From a virus (lineage: Duplodnaviria > Caudoviricetes): 56,095 nt of DNA. Below the pieces are notes generated by a model. The model was not told the DNA's origin and did not search any database. It saw only the letters and a program-made list of their open reading frames with translations. The DNA lies in IMG/VR virus record IMGVR_UViG_3300050035_000720, positions 1 to 56,095 of that record; one strand, written 5' to 3'. Each line of letters starts with the position of its first letter. The stretch's first letter is position 1. Below are positions 45,151 through 54,288 of this stretch, one piece after another. The position numbers and the translations under genes were made by a program.

Positions 45151-45270
45151 ACATACGGAGATCTGGTTCAAATCCAGCGTTTGGGCCTAGCCCGGGCGTA
45201 GTTCAACATGGTAGAGCATTCGTTGGGAGATTACGGTAATTTGGCCAATTACTTAGGGTCTCCCAGGCCC
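45151..45270 (+). ncRNA. Circularly permuted tRNA-like RNA (YrlA/Y-RNA-like topology)
   Basis: T arm CTGG-TTCAAAT-CCAG precedes a loop-closed 9-bp acceptor-like stem, then TA, D arm GTTC-AACATGGTA-GAGC; ACGGA/TTCGT closes the domain; extended -10 upstream and a hairpin plus T run downstream. Confidence 0.75.
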
Positions 45271-45272
45271 TT

Positions 45273-45530
45273 TTAAACCACCCCTTGCCGCCTGAAAAGT
45301 ATCTTGATCACACGCTGCGCTCTCTTTGCACGATCCTGCGTCAATCCGTACGCGGCAACTATTCGCCACCAGCCTATAATCTTGCCGTTTTTTACACAAT
45401 CCCGGGCGATCCGGACATACTGCCCGTGATGCGCTGCGTAGGGGCAACTGGCAACAAAATCCTGGTACTCATCGTCGCTATATTGCCGAATGTCCACCGG
45501 CTCCACTGCCGGTTTGTCTGCCTCTGCCAT
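45273..45530 (-). CDS. Hypothetical protein, possible HTH
   Basis: RBS GGAGG; last gene of the replication operon, at the usual position of a late activator/antiterminator. Confidence 0.6.
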   Translation of the reverse strand: MAEADKPAVEPVDIRQYSDDEYQDFVASCPYAAHHGQYVRIARDCVKNGKIIGWWRIVAAYGLTQDRAKRAQRVIKILFRRQGVV

Positions 45531-45533
45531 CTG

Positions 45534-46109
45534 TTACACCGCCTCCCTGATTGTAATTTCCAACCATTCGAGCAGGCCAGGCTCACGCTCTACGATCTGC
45601 GTTGCCGAGCCAATGTCGACTTGCTTGTCGTCGACCCAAACAATGCCTGTAAGCGAGTCCAAGCTCGTCTTGCAGGCAGCAATAATATTGTCTTTGTCCA
45701 TTTGCACACTGTGACGCGGCGTAAAAACAAACCGTAAATCCACAATTAGAGCCCTGTCTATCGTCGACAATTTCAACCCGGGAAACGCTTCGTACGCCAG
45801 CACCTGCAAACATTCAGCCTTATGCGCTGCCTTAATCCGCGCTTTTTCCATGTGCCCCGGACGGCCGTTTGGCCACAGTTTCCGAGGCGGCAAAGGCAGG
45901 CAAATTGTGTGCGGCAAAGCCAATTCTCCGCATTCAGTCAGTTTTGCAAGCTGTTTCTGTCTCAGGTAAAGCCTCACATCCGGCAAATGAGGCTCACTAC
46001 AGCGTTTCTGTGACACTCCGCCACGTTTTGTTTGTGTGCACTCATTTGGCAAAATCCGGCGTCTCTTACAGTACGCATTGTACTCCTGCACTGTCCAGCG
46101 AGCGCTCAT
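45534..46109 (-). CDS. rusA: RusA-family Holliday junction resolvase
   Basis: LPLPP..LWPN and DKDNIIAACKTSLDSLTGIVWVDDKQV (DxDN..K...D......DD). Confidence 0.8.
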   Translation of the reverse strand: MSARWTVQEYNAYCKRRRILPNECTQTKRGGVSQKRCSEPHLPDVRLYLRQKQLAKLTECGELALPHTICLPLPPRKLWPNGRPGHMEKARIKAAHKAECLQVLAYEAFPGLKLSTIDRALIVDLRFVFTPRHSVQMDKDNIIAACKTSLDSLTGIVWVDDKQVDIGSATQIVEREPGLLEWLEITIREAV

Positions 46110-46585
46110 GCAGCCTCAAACAATGATATTTGCTGCGGTGCATGTTTTCCAAGATCTTCGGCGCTCAACTTACCGGGTATCGTTCGCCGGATTTCATGGA
46201 TGATTTCCGCCGCCGTCGACGATATGCCGGCAAGTAGTAGTAGCTCATCGCCCTGGTACACAACGTCGGTGACATTTTGCAGTACTGCCCTCTCGCCAGC
46301 AAAAACTACAGGCTCTCCGACCAGCTCGCTGTAAAACCGCAGAACTCGGTCCGATCGAGCGAAGTCCGCTAGCGTTCCGGCTGTCATCGACTTCCATTGC
46401 ACATATTTGAGCACCTCGGAGTACTGCCGGCTTATCTCCTTGCGAAGCGACTTAGGCAACGCCTTGATATCTCCCTTAAACCCGGGCTCACCATTGTGCA
46501 CTACGAAGTCACAGCCGAGATGCCGGACGCTCGACAAAATCTCCGGTATCGTCAAATGGTCTTCTACTTCGATTACTGCGTTCAT
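46106..46585 (-). CDS. Hypothetical protein with TubC-N docking-like N-terminus
   Basis: ILSSVRHLGCDFVVHNGE...LRKEISRQYSEVLKYV resembles this small domain; ATGA-coupled. Confidence 0.5.
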   Translation of the reverse strand: MNAVIEVEDHLTIPEILSSVRHLGCDFVVHNGEPGFKGDIKALPKSLRKEISRQYSEVLKYVQWKSMTAGTLADFARSDRVLRFYSELVGEPVVFAGERAVLQNVTDVVYQGDELLLLAGISSTAAEIIHEIRRTIPGKLSAEDLGKHAPQQISLFEAA

Positions 46586-48345
46586 ACCGCTGCCCCCTGA
46601 CTCTTTCGCTTGCGCGAAAATCTCTCATCGATGAACTTTGACGCATCGCCGGCGGACATCATGGAAATCACCGACTCGGCAGTTCCAAATCGCCTCAGTA
46701 AGCCGATCTGCTTCTCCGTCGGTTTCTTGGTCCGCCATCCGGTGCCACTCTTCGCGAGAAATATGGTGTCCGGCCATGTCTGTTCAATCTCATAATCGGC
46801 GGCGGATATAACCTGCTCAATGGTCCATTCCTCGTGAAACAGAGGAGTACTCGAAATAAACTCTTTGCCCTCAGTGAGTATTAACTGCCATTTGCCCTCA
46901 GAGCTTAAGCAGAGCTCAGCGCATCTGTTGCCGGCAACTCCTTTGCCAACTGACAGCCGGTACGCGGGCCCGAACGGCATCCATTCGTACTGTGAGACAT
47001 TGGCGACTGGGTTAGGCGCCTGTACTTTTCCTAGCAGGTCAACCTGTCGCAGTACTGTCCGGAGGTCGTCGAACTGCAGCTCGTCAGCCTTTTTTTCTTT
47101 CCCGGTCGCCTTTGTTAGGATCTCCGCCAAATGCTGCGCGTTTTCTCCCAGCTGGTCGACGGCGTCGGCCGCTTCCATCAGGGAGTGTCCCTGCAAATTG
47201 AGCTGCGGCGGAAGGTCTAAAATTGTCGGGATTGTCGCCAGATTATGCTTACTGGTGTTATCGCAGACGTCGATTATGATTAAATTCTCTTTACCAGGAC
47301 AAATGCGAGTACCGCGGCCGATCATCTGAGAAAATAGACCCCAGCTCTTGGTCGGACGAAGCATCAAAACGCAGTTTATCGGGGGATGATCGTAGCCCTC
47401 AGTTGCCAGTTCGACATTGGTCAGCACTTGGGCCTCGCCGTTTTCGAACCGCTTTATGACGGCCTTTCGTTCGTGTGCTTTCATGCCGCCATTGACTGAC
47501 ACGGCCTTTATTCCAGCCTCACAAAATGCCTGAGCGACATCCTGAGCATGTTGCACGTCGACACAAAACACAATGGTTTTTCGCTCTCCAGCGATTTCCT
47601 GCCAGTGCTCGATTGCCTTCTTGGTCCTACTCGCCACATTGACGGCGGCGGCCAGCTCGGTCTGATTAAAGTCACCGCCACTCGTCTTGACCCCGTCCAG
47701 GTCGACCAGGCCCTTTACGACGTATCCGAGGATGTCGCTCAAATATCCGTCCCTAATAGCTTCCCTAATCGGGTACTGGTAGACCAGTTTTTCGAACACC
47801 GCACCATCCTGATTTCCTACCAGCATCTTTCGATCCAGCCTTTTCGGCGTCGCAGTGCAGCCGACCACAATCACCGGGTCGACCTCGTCGTAAGCGCCAA
47901 ACTCAGCCAACGTGTTTCGGTAGCCGGCAGCTGCCCCGTGGTGTGATTCGTCGATGAAAATTATCGATGGTCGGATCTCTTTCAGCCATTTCAGCCGCTC
48001 ACTGCCGGCCCGGCCAATAGTCGCCACTGAAGCACAAACAATGTCGCTCGACCTGGGCGCTATTTCCGTCCCAATCTCCATGCCGACCTCGACACCAGGG
48101 ATCATTCTCCGCATCGTCCTGGAGGCCTGCGTCAGTAGCTCGTGGCGATGTGCTAAGAACAATGCCGGACGTGGCCGTACTGTCCGTACTCGCCGGATTA
48201 TTTCGACTGCCACAGGAGTTTTGCCGCACCCTGTCGGAAGTACAAAAAGCATCCTCCGGAGGCCCTTGCTCAGCCCCTCGAAAACCCTGTATACTGCCTG
48301 CTGCTGATACTTGCGTAATTCAATTTTTGTTGTTTCGGTTGTCAT
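46582..48345 (-). CDS. Superfamily 2 helicase (DEAD/DEAH, Irc3/Res-like)
   Basis: LRKYQ, LPTGCGKT, DESHH, TATP, TEGYD, QMIGRGTR. Confidence 0.92.
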   Translation of the reverse strand: MTTETTKIELRKYQQQAVYRVFEGLSKGLRRMLFVLPTGCGKTPVAVEIIRRVRTVRPRPALFLAHRHELLTQASRTMRRMIPGVEVGMEIGTEIAPRSSDIVCASVATIGRAGSERLKWLKEIRPSIIFIDESHHGAAAGYRNTLAEFGAYDEVDPVIVVGCTATPKRLDRKMLVGNQDGAVFEKLVYQYPIREAIRDGYLSDILGYVVKGLVDLDGVKTSGGDFNQTELAAAVNVASRTKKAIEHWQEIAGERKTIVFCVDVQHAQDVAQAFCEAGIKAVSVNGGMKAHERKAVIKRFENGEAQVLTNVELATEGYDHPPINCVLMLRPTKSWGLFSQMIGRGTRICPGKENLIIIDVCDNTSKHNLATIPTILDLPPQLNLQGHSLMEAADAVDQLGENAQHLAEILTKATGKEKKADELQFDDLRTVLRQVDLLGKVQAPNPVANVSQYEWMPFGPAYRLSVGKGVAGNRCAELCLSSEGKWQLILTEGKEFISSTPLFHEEWTIEQVISAADYEIEQTWPDTIFLAKSGTGWRTKKPTEKQIGLLRRFGTAESVISMMSAGDASKFIDERFSRKRKSQGAAV

Positions 48346-48563
48346 CCTCTGTTCCGATCTTCAGATCCCACTTTTCGGTACATTTCTACGCATTTTCGGT
48401 AATGGTTAATTGCCGAACGACTCACCGCCGACACGGTTCGATCTTGCCTTTGTGCCTCTGCTGTCAACCACTCGATCAGCTCATTGTTGAGGTTGACACC
48501 GATCTGTGTGTATCGGCTTTCCGGTGACTTCTTCGGTCGTCCTCCACCTGGTCTGTTTTCCAT
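48342..48563 (-). CDS. Ribbon-helix-helix (CopG-like) DNA-binding protein
   Basis: GGGRPK...TQIGVNLNNELIEWLTAEAQRQDRTVSAVSRSAI; RBS AGAGGAG; an alternative start exists at 48629. Confidence 0.7.
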   Translation of the reverse strand: MENRPGGGRPKKSPESRYTQIGVNLNNELIEWLTAEAQRQDRTVSAVSRSAINHYRKCVEMYRKVGSEDRNRG

Positions 48564-48649
48564 TTCAATTTCTCCTCTGTTCCGATCTTTCGTTTCCACC
48601 CCGTTCCAGGTGTGATAGGTTTTGGCCATTTTCCTATAGGGGAAATGTT

Positions 48650-48925
48650 TTATAATATTAATTACAGTTATTAATTAATAATTACAGTTATTTTTATGTT
48701 ATATATAGTTAACTTGGAACACTTGGAACACTTGGAACAAAACACTCTATTTGATCTTAATTTTCTTGTTCCAGGTTGTTCCAGGTTGCCCTATTTGTTC
48801 CAGGTTTATTTTCATACGATTATATGACTACACACTGATACACACTTCGGTACATCATGGTCTAATTGTTGTTTTTGCATTTGTTCCAAGTAACCTGGAA
48901 CAGGACTGCCAATTTGTTCCAGGTT
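48650..48925. repeat. Putative replication origin: AT-rich tract plus nine TGTTCCA(A/G)G iterons
   Basis: ACTTGGAAC x3 in tandem, inverted TGTTCCAGG copies, duplicated TAATTACAGTTA; directly downstream of the primase-helicase gene. Confidence 0.8.
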
Positions 48926-48927
48926 GG

Positions 48928-51441
48928 TCAGTCCCATATGGCATCTTCTATTTTCTCCATTTCGGATTTTAGGGCGATGCCAAACCATACATTGATGGTC
49001 TTGCTGTTTCCGTCCGATTCGTCAACCATACGCTTTTTGTCCTTGCGTAAACCGAGCTTTTTCAGCCGTATTCCAAACGCCACATTCGGCATAATGTAAC
49101 GCTCTCCATTTCGCTCACACCATGCCTTATATGTCGCGTAAATATAGCCCGCAGGAATGGCTTCGCACTCGCTCTCAGCCCGCTTTTCGTAGGTGTCTTT
49201 AAAGAACCTTATGAACGGATCTTCCTGCTCTCGGTAGTCGTCCAGCAGCCTCTGTGATGCAATGGAAAACTCGAACCTGTTACCACGCTCTTGGAACCGT
49301 TTCAGGCCTGCAATGGCCCAGTTGAGGATGCCCGGCAACTCGGCAGCCAGCTTGTCGTCGAGCAGTGGATCTCGCTTGTCGGCGGGCACGTTATAACGCC
49401 ATTCGATCATCTGTATTCGCCGGAAATATCCACCGCTTAAGTCACGAGTCCGCGGCATGGCGTTACAGCTAACGATGATTCGAATGTTGGGAACGAAGCT
49501 GAAAACCTTCTCGGTCGGCCTTCTTGCAGAAATGCTGTCACCTGCAACAATGGCCTTGAAATGCCCGCCGTTCTTGTTCATATCCTTCGGGTCAGGCTCG
49601 TTTACGAAACCTACAATTTTGCCGAACAGCTCCGCCCTGTGGTAGGGGTCATGTAATTGCTCAATTGGTATCGTGGTGTAGCTGTCCTGCCCTGCCATAG
49701 CCTGCAGCACCCTTGTTGCGACACCCTTACCGTTGCCGCCGTCTCCCAACCAGAACATCGAAACTTGGGCCGTGGGGCATGGAAGCATGCAGTAGCCATA
49801 CCACTCTTGCAGTAGGTCGATCCACTCCTTATGAGTCTGTCCGGACTCGGTGATCACCACTTCTGACAAGAACTTGAGCCACAATGGGCATTTAGCATCT
49901 TTGTCGTAGCGCACAGGCGACACGTGAGTAATCAGGTGTTTTGGGTCGTGTTTAATTAGTGTCTGCTCGTCGACATCGTAGATACCATTCGCGAGCGGTA
50001 TCCATCTGGGGTGATTGTCAAATATGTTTGGCTTTACCGGCCCAAGCATGCTTTCAGCAAGGTACAGAATATTCCTGATTAACGTGGGCTTTGGCGTTAC
50101 CTTATCGCCGTCTTGCATGCGTTCAACCAAGAACTCCTGGAGGCAGCGTCTCGCACCCTCTAGTGATGCGTATTCCCAATGGTTACCCGTATATGTCCAC
50201 CATTGATTGCCTTCCACGTACAACCATTTGCCTTCAACGCTCGCTGCCCAGTCGACCGCCAGCGCGTAATCACTAGGCCGGTAGCCGCCTTCATCATCGT
50301 CAGATGTGCTAGTCGACTTCTTGGGTCGACTGGGCCCCCTCTTCGGAGTCTCGGTCGGCTCGACTAATATAAGGTCCGGATCCGATGGCAACGGGTCATA
50401 CGTAGACATCTGAAACGGTGGAACATCATCGTCCGTAAATTGCGCAGCCTGGCTGCTCTCATTCCGTCGCTTCGGTGGGTCGCCGTACCCGAGCTGTCCG
50501 AGCGCAGCGGCCGCAGCCCGATCATCGCCAGCATGCTCTAAAAGTGAATAAACGCGAAACGGTGTGTAGCTCGCATTTGGGTCGAACGGTGATCCGTTCG
50601 ACGTCCAGCAATAAAAGACGTTAGATCCGCCATGGTTCCAGGTTGCGGACAAGCTATTAATAGATGTGTCAGTCTTGCCCGGGCGCAGCAGCTCCGCCTT
50701 GTCTCCGAGCCATTTACTGATCTTCCAGCCGTGCTTTTCTAGGACTTGAAGGCAGTCTCTTGTCTGGTTATACGCATCGCCTGGCCGTTGTCCTGCCTCA
50801 GCCGGTCGTGGCCGAGCTGCAGCTGGTGCCGCTGGTACCGCGGCTACGCGACAATTAAAGGTTGACGCGATCCGGATTAGGTTGGCGCGCTCGCCGGGTG
50901 TTATGATCGGTGCCATCTCCGGGCTCAAATGTTCACACGTATAGAGCCCTAAGTTATGGTGGCACGACGGCGGACAGCCAGGCGCAAGAACTTGCCCTCC
51001 GTCCCCGCGAATTTCAATTAATGTCTTGCCCTCTTCGGTTTCCGCTACTTTCTTGTTGTGCGAAGCGTTTCCAGATACTCTATAGTAGAGATGGTGGCCG
51101 CTCGACGGCGTCCGGACGGCCGGTATTGAATTGAGCAACCCGCCGTACCCTTCGCTCTTCATGGCGCCGACGAATTGAGGCCATACATCGCCATAGGTCA
51201 CGTCAAAATCTAAAACCTCTAGGTTTCCGCTCAGCGGTCCACCGAGTACGCCGATGCCCACCAGCGGCGAAAACTGGTTAATAAAGTAGAAATTAAATTG
51301 GTCATAGCTCAGACCTTGCTGCCATGCGCTTAGCGCCGGCGCTTTGCTTTTGTCTGTGCGAATAGGAATAAGAGACAGCCCTGAAGCCTTGTACTTTAGG
51401 GCCGCCTCTCGTACGATGCACTTGTAATCGCCGTTAGGCAT
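48928..51441 (-). CDS. Bifunctional primase-polymerase fused to D5/P4-family SF3 helicase
   Basis: GLSLIPI..KAP, VLDFD, RTPSSGHHLYY, IRGDGGQVLAP; Walker A GDGGNGKG, GDSISARR, GYFRRI. Confidence 0.9.
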   Translation of the reverse strand: MPNGDYKCIVREAALKYKASGLSLIPIRTDKSKAPALSAWQQGLSYDQFNFYFINQFSPLVGIGVLGGPLSGNLEVLDFDVTYGDVWPQFVGAMKSEGYGGLLNSIPAVRTPSSGHHLYYRVSGNASHNKKVAETEEGKTLIEIRGDGGQVLAPGCPPSCHHNLGLYTCEHLSPEMAPIITPGERANLIRIASTFNCRVAAVPAAPAAARPRPAEAGQRPGDAYNQTRDCLQVLEKHGWKISKWLGDKAELLRPGKTDTSINSLSATWNHGGSNVFYCWTSNGSPFDPNASYTPFRVYSLLEHAGDDRAAAAALGQLGYGDPPKRRNESSQAAQFTDDDVPPFQMSTYDPLPSDPDLILVEPTETPKRGPSRPKKSTSTSDDDEGGYRPSDYALAVDWAASVEGKWLYVEGNQWWTYTGNHWEYASLEGARRCLQEFLVERMQDGDKVTPKPTLIRNILYLAESMLGPVKPNIFDNHPRWIPLANGIYDVDEQTLIKHDPKHLITHVSPVRYDKDAKCPLWLKFLSEVVITESGQTHKEWIDLLQEWYGYCMLPCPTAQVSMFWLGDGGNGKGVATRVLQAMAGQDSYTTIPIEQLHDPYHRAELFGKIVGFVNEPDPKDMNKNGGHFKAIVAGDSISARRPTEKVFSFVPNIRIIVSCNAMPRTRDLSGGYFRRIQMIEWRYNVPADKRDPLLDDKLAAELPGILNWAIAGLKRFQERGNRFEFSIASQRLLDDYREQEDPFIRFFKDTYEKRAESECEAIPAGYIYATYKAWCERNGERYIMPNVAFGIRLKKLGLRKDKKRMVDESDGNSKTINVWFGIALKSEMEKIEDAIWD

Positions 51442-51724
51442 AATTAGACCATGCTGCCTTCCACTGGTCGACTGTTATGTACACAACGGGTCGCATGTTC
51501 GTACTGCCGATAATGCACTTGGATCCGCAATAGTAGGAGTTAAGGAGCATTCCACTCACTACGGCGAATCCTACTCTGTGACGTCCGCCGCATGATGGGC
51601 ATTCGATATGTTCGCCTGGTCTTACTGTTCCTTGATTTACTGCTGCCCGCCGTACCGGCCCTGGGCTTTCCAGGACCGGCTTCGGCTGCGCCTGCTTGTT
51701 TATGACAAAAACAGAGCGTGTCAT
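51434..51724 (-). CDS. Small Cys-containing hypothetical protein
   Basis: TAATG overlap at 51724; CPSCGGRH. Confidence 0.6.
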   Translation of the reverse strand: MTRSVFVINKQAQPKPVLESPGPVRRAAVNQGTVRPGEHIECPSCGGRHRVGFAVVSGMLLNSYYCGSKCIIGSTNMRPVVYITVDQWKAAWSNYA

Positions 51725-51921
51725 TATCTCACCTCGCGACGCATGACCGTAACAATGCACCCTACACCGCAGACAAACCGGTGCTTGGCCTCGCCAAATA
51801 GCCAGCCATCGGATTCCATCTGCACCTGCTTCTCGCGCGATTCCTCGGACGTTCTGCGGAAGAACGTATACGATCTCGCCTCTTTGTCGCAAGGTAGTTC
51901 CGGCGGGTCAAATGTGCTCAT
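51724..51921 (-). CDS. Hypothetical protein
   Basis: RBS GAGGA; coupled to neighbours. Confidence 0.55.
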   Translation of the reverse strand: MSTFDPPELPCDKEARSYTFFRRTSEESREKQVQMESDGWLFGEAKHRFVCGVGCIVTVMRREVR

Positions 51922-52204
51922 GATCATGTTCCTCACGTGCAGCAGAAATGGCAATCGTTCCGCCTTCGCGTACTAACCAAATGCTGATTCCGTCGGCAAG
52001 GCCCCCTACGTAGTTCGCATGTAGTCCGAAGCCGAGAAACAGGATTGCGGCGATAGCCAGCAGTGATATCCACTTGTAATCAAGACATGCCTGATTATGT
52101 GCAAATAGGTATTCGGAGGCTTCGTCCTCCCCGCCGTCGTCGACAAGGACAACGGCGGGATTCTCAATCGTTTGATCGCGTTGATCAATACTGATGTTGG
52201 TCAT
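51908..52204 (-). CDS. Hypothetical membrane protein
   Basis: TM segment WISLLAIAAILFLGFGL. Confidence 0.6.
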   Translation of the reverse strand: MTNISIDQRDQTIENPAVVLVDDGGEDEASEYLFAHNQACLDYKWISLLAIAAILFLGFGLHANYVGGLADGISIWLVREGGTIAISAAREEHDHEHI

Positions 52205-52207
52205 GGC

Positions 52208-53362
52208 TTAATCCTCTAAATCGAACGGGTTTTCACCAGCAAGAGAAAGGAAATCCTCCGTTGGTGCAACAACGGCGGCAGGTACAACAGGCGCAGCGGC
52301 AGCGTCGAACTGCGCTTTGGCCTCAGCCTCCTTCTTGGCAGCCGCTTCGGCCGCCGCCTTATCAGCCAGAGCCTTCTCGGCCTCTTGCGCCGCCTTGTAC
52401 TCCTGCTTGATGACTCGTACCTGCGCGGTCAATTGGTGGATCTGTGCATCGGTGAACTTGAGGATGTCGCCCGACGGGGTAATTGTCTTAGCAAATGCCT
52501 CAATCGCCAGCCGAACAGGTTCAACCTGCTTGGCAATCCCAGCGATACACCCATTCGCCGCTTCCAGACGGGCAACTTCTTTGGGATCGACAGCAACGGT
52601 CTCAGCCACAACCATACTCGACGACTGAACACCGGCTGCCGGCGGAGTACTCGCGGCCGCCGGCGCTTCGCTCACTTTTGTCTCCTGACGTGCACGAAGT
52701 TTGGCCTTGGCCTCATCGTTGCGAGATAAAGGCGCTTCGGCGGGAGTTGCTTCGTCTACACTGATAACATTGCCATGGAGTCTGGCCTTCGCGATTTCCT
52801 CGTCTTCATCCGGGATGTACAGGCCCATCAACATATCAGGGTAGACCATGCGTCCCAAACTGGCGGAGCATCGAGCGCGGAGCATAGCACTCCTGTTGGC
52901 CTTCCAATTGGCTTTGCCAAGCAGATTGGCCGCCGTAGCCATTTCAATGGTATACGTGTATGAAACCTCCGGGTCACCACGACGCTTGGTAACATAAATT
53001 GCCCTCTGCTCATTGCTCTCGACCACGCGGAAATATTCACAGACGTCGCGTCGGGATATTGACAGCCCGCTGATAAGATCCGCCGACAGCGATGTTCTCC
53101 CCTCGATGACGTAGATCGAGCGCATAGATTGCGCTGCCGACAATCCCAGTTCTAACCCTGTCATCAATATCATCAGTGCGGCCGCCGGAGTTTTGACGTT
53201 GAACATGTTCGCCGCGGCAAACCATTCGGCGCACTGGACGCACTCTGCGAAATTCTGTGGCTGAATGCTCGCGCCAGGACGCTGCGCCAGGCTGCGTCCG
53301 GTTGACTCTACAAGGTCGTTATGACCGTTTCCGTTTCCGTTTCTAACTGTTAACTCGTCCAT
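52208..53362 (-). CDS. RecT/Red-beta-like single-strand annealing protein
   Basis: GLELGLS..SMRSIYVIEGR, WKANRSAMLRAR, GLYIPDE; acidic-aromatic C-terminal tip (ENPFDLED); adjacent to the YqaJ nuclease. Confidence 0.75.
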   Translation of the reverse strand: MDELTVRNGNGNGHNDLVESTGRSLAQRPGASIQPQNFAECVQCAEWFAAANMFNVKTPAAALMILMTGLELGLSAAQSMRSIYVIEGRTSLSADLISGLSISRRDVCEYFRVVESNEQRAIYVTKRRGDPEVSYTYTIEMATAANLLGKANWKANRSAMLRARCSASLGRMVYPDMLMGLYIPDEDEEIAKARLHGNVISVDEATPAEAPLSRNDEAKAKLRARQETKVSEAPAAASTPPAAGVQSSSMVVAETVAVDPKEVARLEAANGCIAGIAKQVEPVRLAIEAFAKTITPSGDILKFTDAQIHQLTAQVRVIKQEYKAAQEAEKALADKAAAEAAAKKEAEAKAQFDAAAAPVVPAAVVAPTEDFLSLAGENPFDLED

Positions 53363-53364
53363 TG

Positions 53365-54288
53365 TTAAATTGCTTTCTTTGAGAAGTTGAGCTGAATGAA
53401 GTCTGTAGGCTGAACGGTGTAACCGGCCCGCTTAACCTGCTTGCGAATGTAGCCGGTGCCGTCCGGTAACTTGGCAATTGCGGCGTTGCCCATGGCGGCG
53501 AGAATATTAACCTTCGCCTCTTTTTCCACCGCTTCGGCTGAAGACCGCTGCAGCTTCGCTGCCGCCAACTTGTCGTGCCAGGGGATCACGTCGTCAGGCA
53601 GCATGATCGTTGTGCCGTCGGTGCCCGGATACAAGCGCTTGATGATCCGGTCAGCGTGAGGCTTCGACGGATCGAACTCCGGCTGGACCTTGTCGATCAC
53701 CGACTGCCAGAACTTGGCGTACTCGACCAGCAGCATCTCGATCAGCTCATCGTCTCGCTGAATCGTATAAATATTGATCGTTGATGTAGAGACAAACAGT
53801 GCAGCTAAATACCACACGTTTCGTCCACTAACCGCCAAGTAGTGTTGGCACTGCAACAAATAGTGGAACGGCACCTGATCGGTACCCGACTCGCCCCATT
53901 CCGATTTGTCGGCACGGTCTCCAACATACTTCGCTTCGAAGCCCGTATCCTCGCCCTCAATCAGGCCATCGTAATGGCCGATGATATAAGGCACGTCAGG
54001 ATGCGTGAACGTTCCCTCGTCTCGAATAACGTGCTTGCCCGTCGCTCGCTCGAACTCGGCCACAATATACGGCTCCATATGCCGCCCTAACCGTGTCGAT
54101 ACGGTGTCCACCCGCGGCTTCGGATTAGCTTCGGTCTTGTCCAGCCACACCTCAAGCGGAGTGGTAAACGGAGACCATCCGAGGATACCGGCGGCATCAG
54201 AGCCGCCGATCCCGCGCCGACGATCAGCGTGGAACGTCTCACGACTGATCGTCCGGCCCTCAATTGCTTCTATAGTAGTAGTACTCAT
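53365..54288 (-). CDS. YqaJ/lambda-exonuclease family nuclease
   Basis: RRRGIGGSDAA, GRHMEP, HYDG, FEAK, YLLQCQHYL. Confidence 0.92.
   Translation of the reverse strand: MSTTTIEAIEGRTISRETFHADRRRGIGGSDAAGILGWSPFTTPLEVWLDKTEANPKPRVDTVSTRLGRHMEPYIVAEFERATGKHVIRDEGTFTHPDVPYIIGHYDGLIEGEDTGFEAKYVGDRADKSEWGESGTDQVPFHYLLQCQHYLAVSGRNVWYLAALFVSTSTINIYTIQRDDELIEMLLVEYAKFWQSVIDKVQPEFDPSKPHADRIIKRLYPGTDGTTIMLPDDVIPWHDKLAAAKLQRSSAEAVEKEAKVNILAAMGNAAIAKLPDGTGYIRKQVKRAGYTVQPTDFIQLNFSKKAI

Noticed and set aside
45187-45189. CTA loop as an amber-suppressor anticodon
   Set aside because: It caps the acceptor-like stem as a 3-nt loop, not a 7-nt anticodon loop; TAG behaves as a normal stop in this genome.
45192-45230. 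tRNA fragment marking an attachment site
   Set aside because: It lies mid-genome far from the integrase, and the matching T arm and complementary strands sit immediately upstream, forming one permuted fold.
48712-48925. CRISPR-like repeats
   Set aside because: 9-bp units in both orientations with irregular spacing and no cas genes; they fit iterons.
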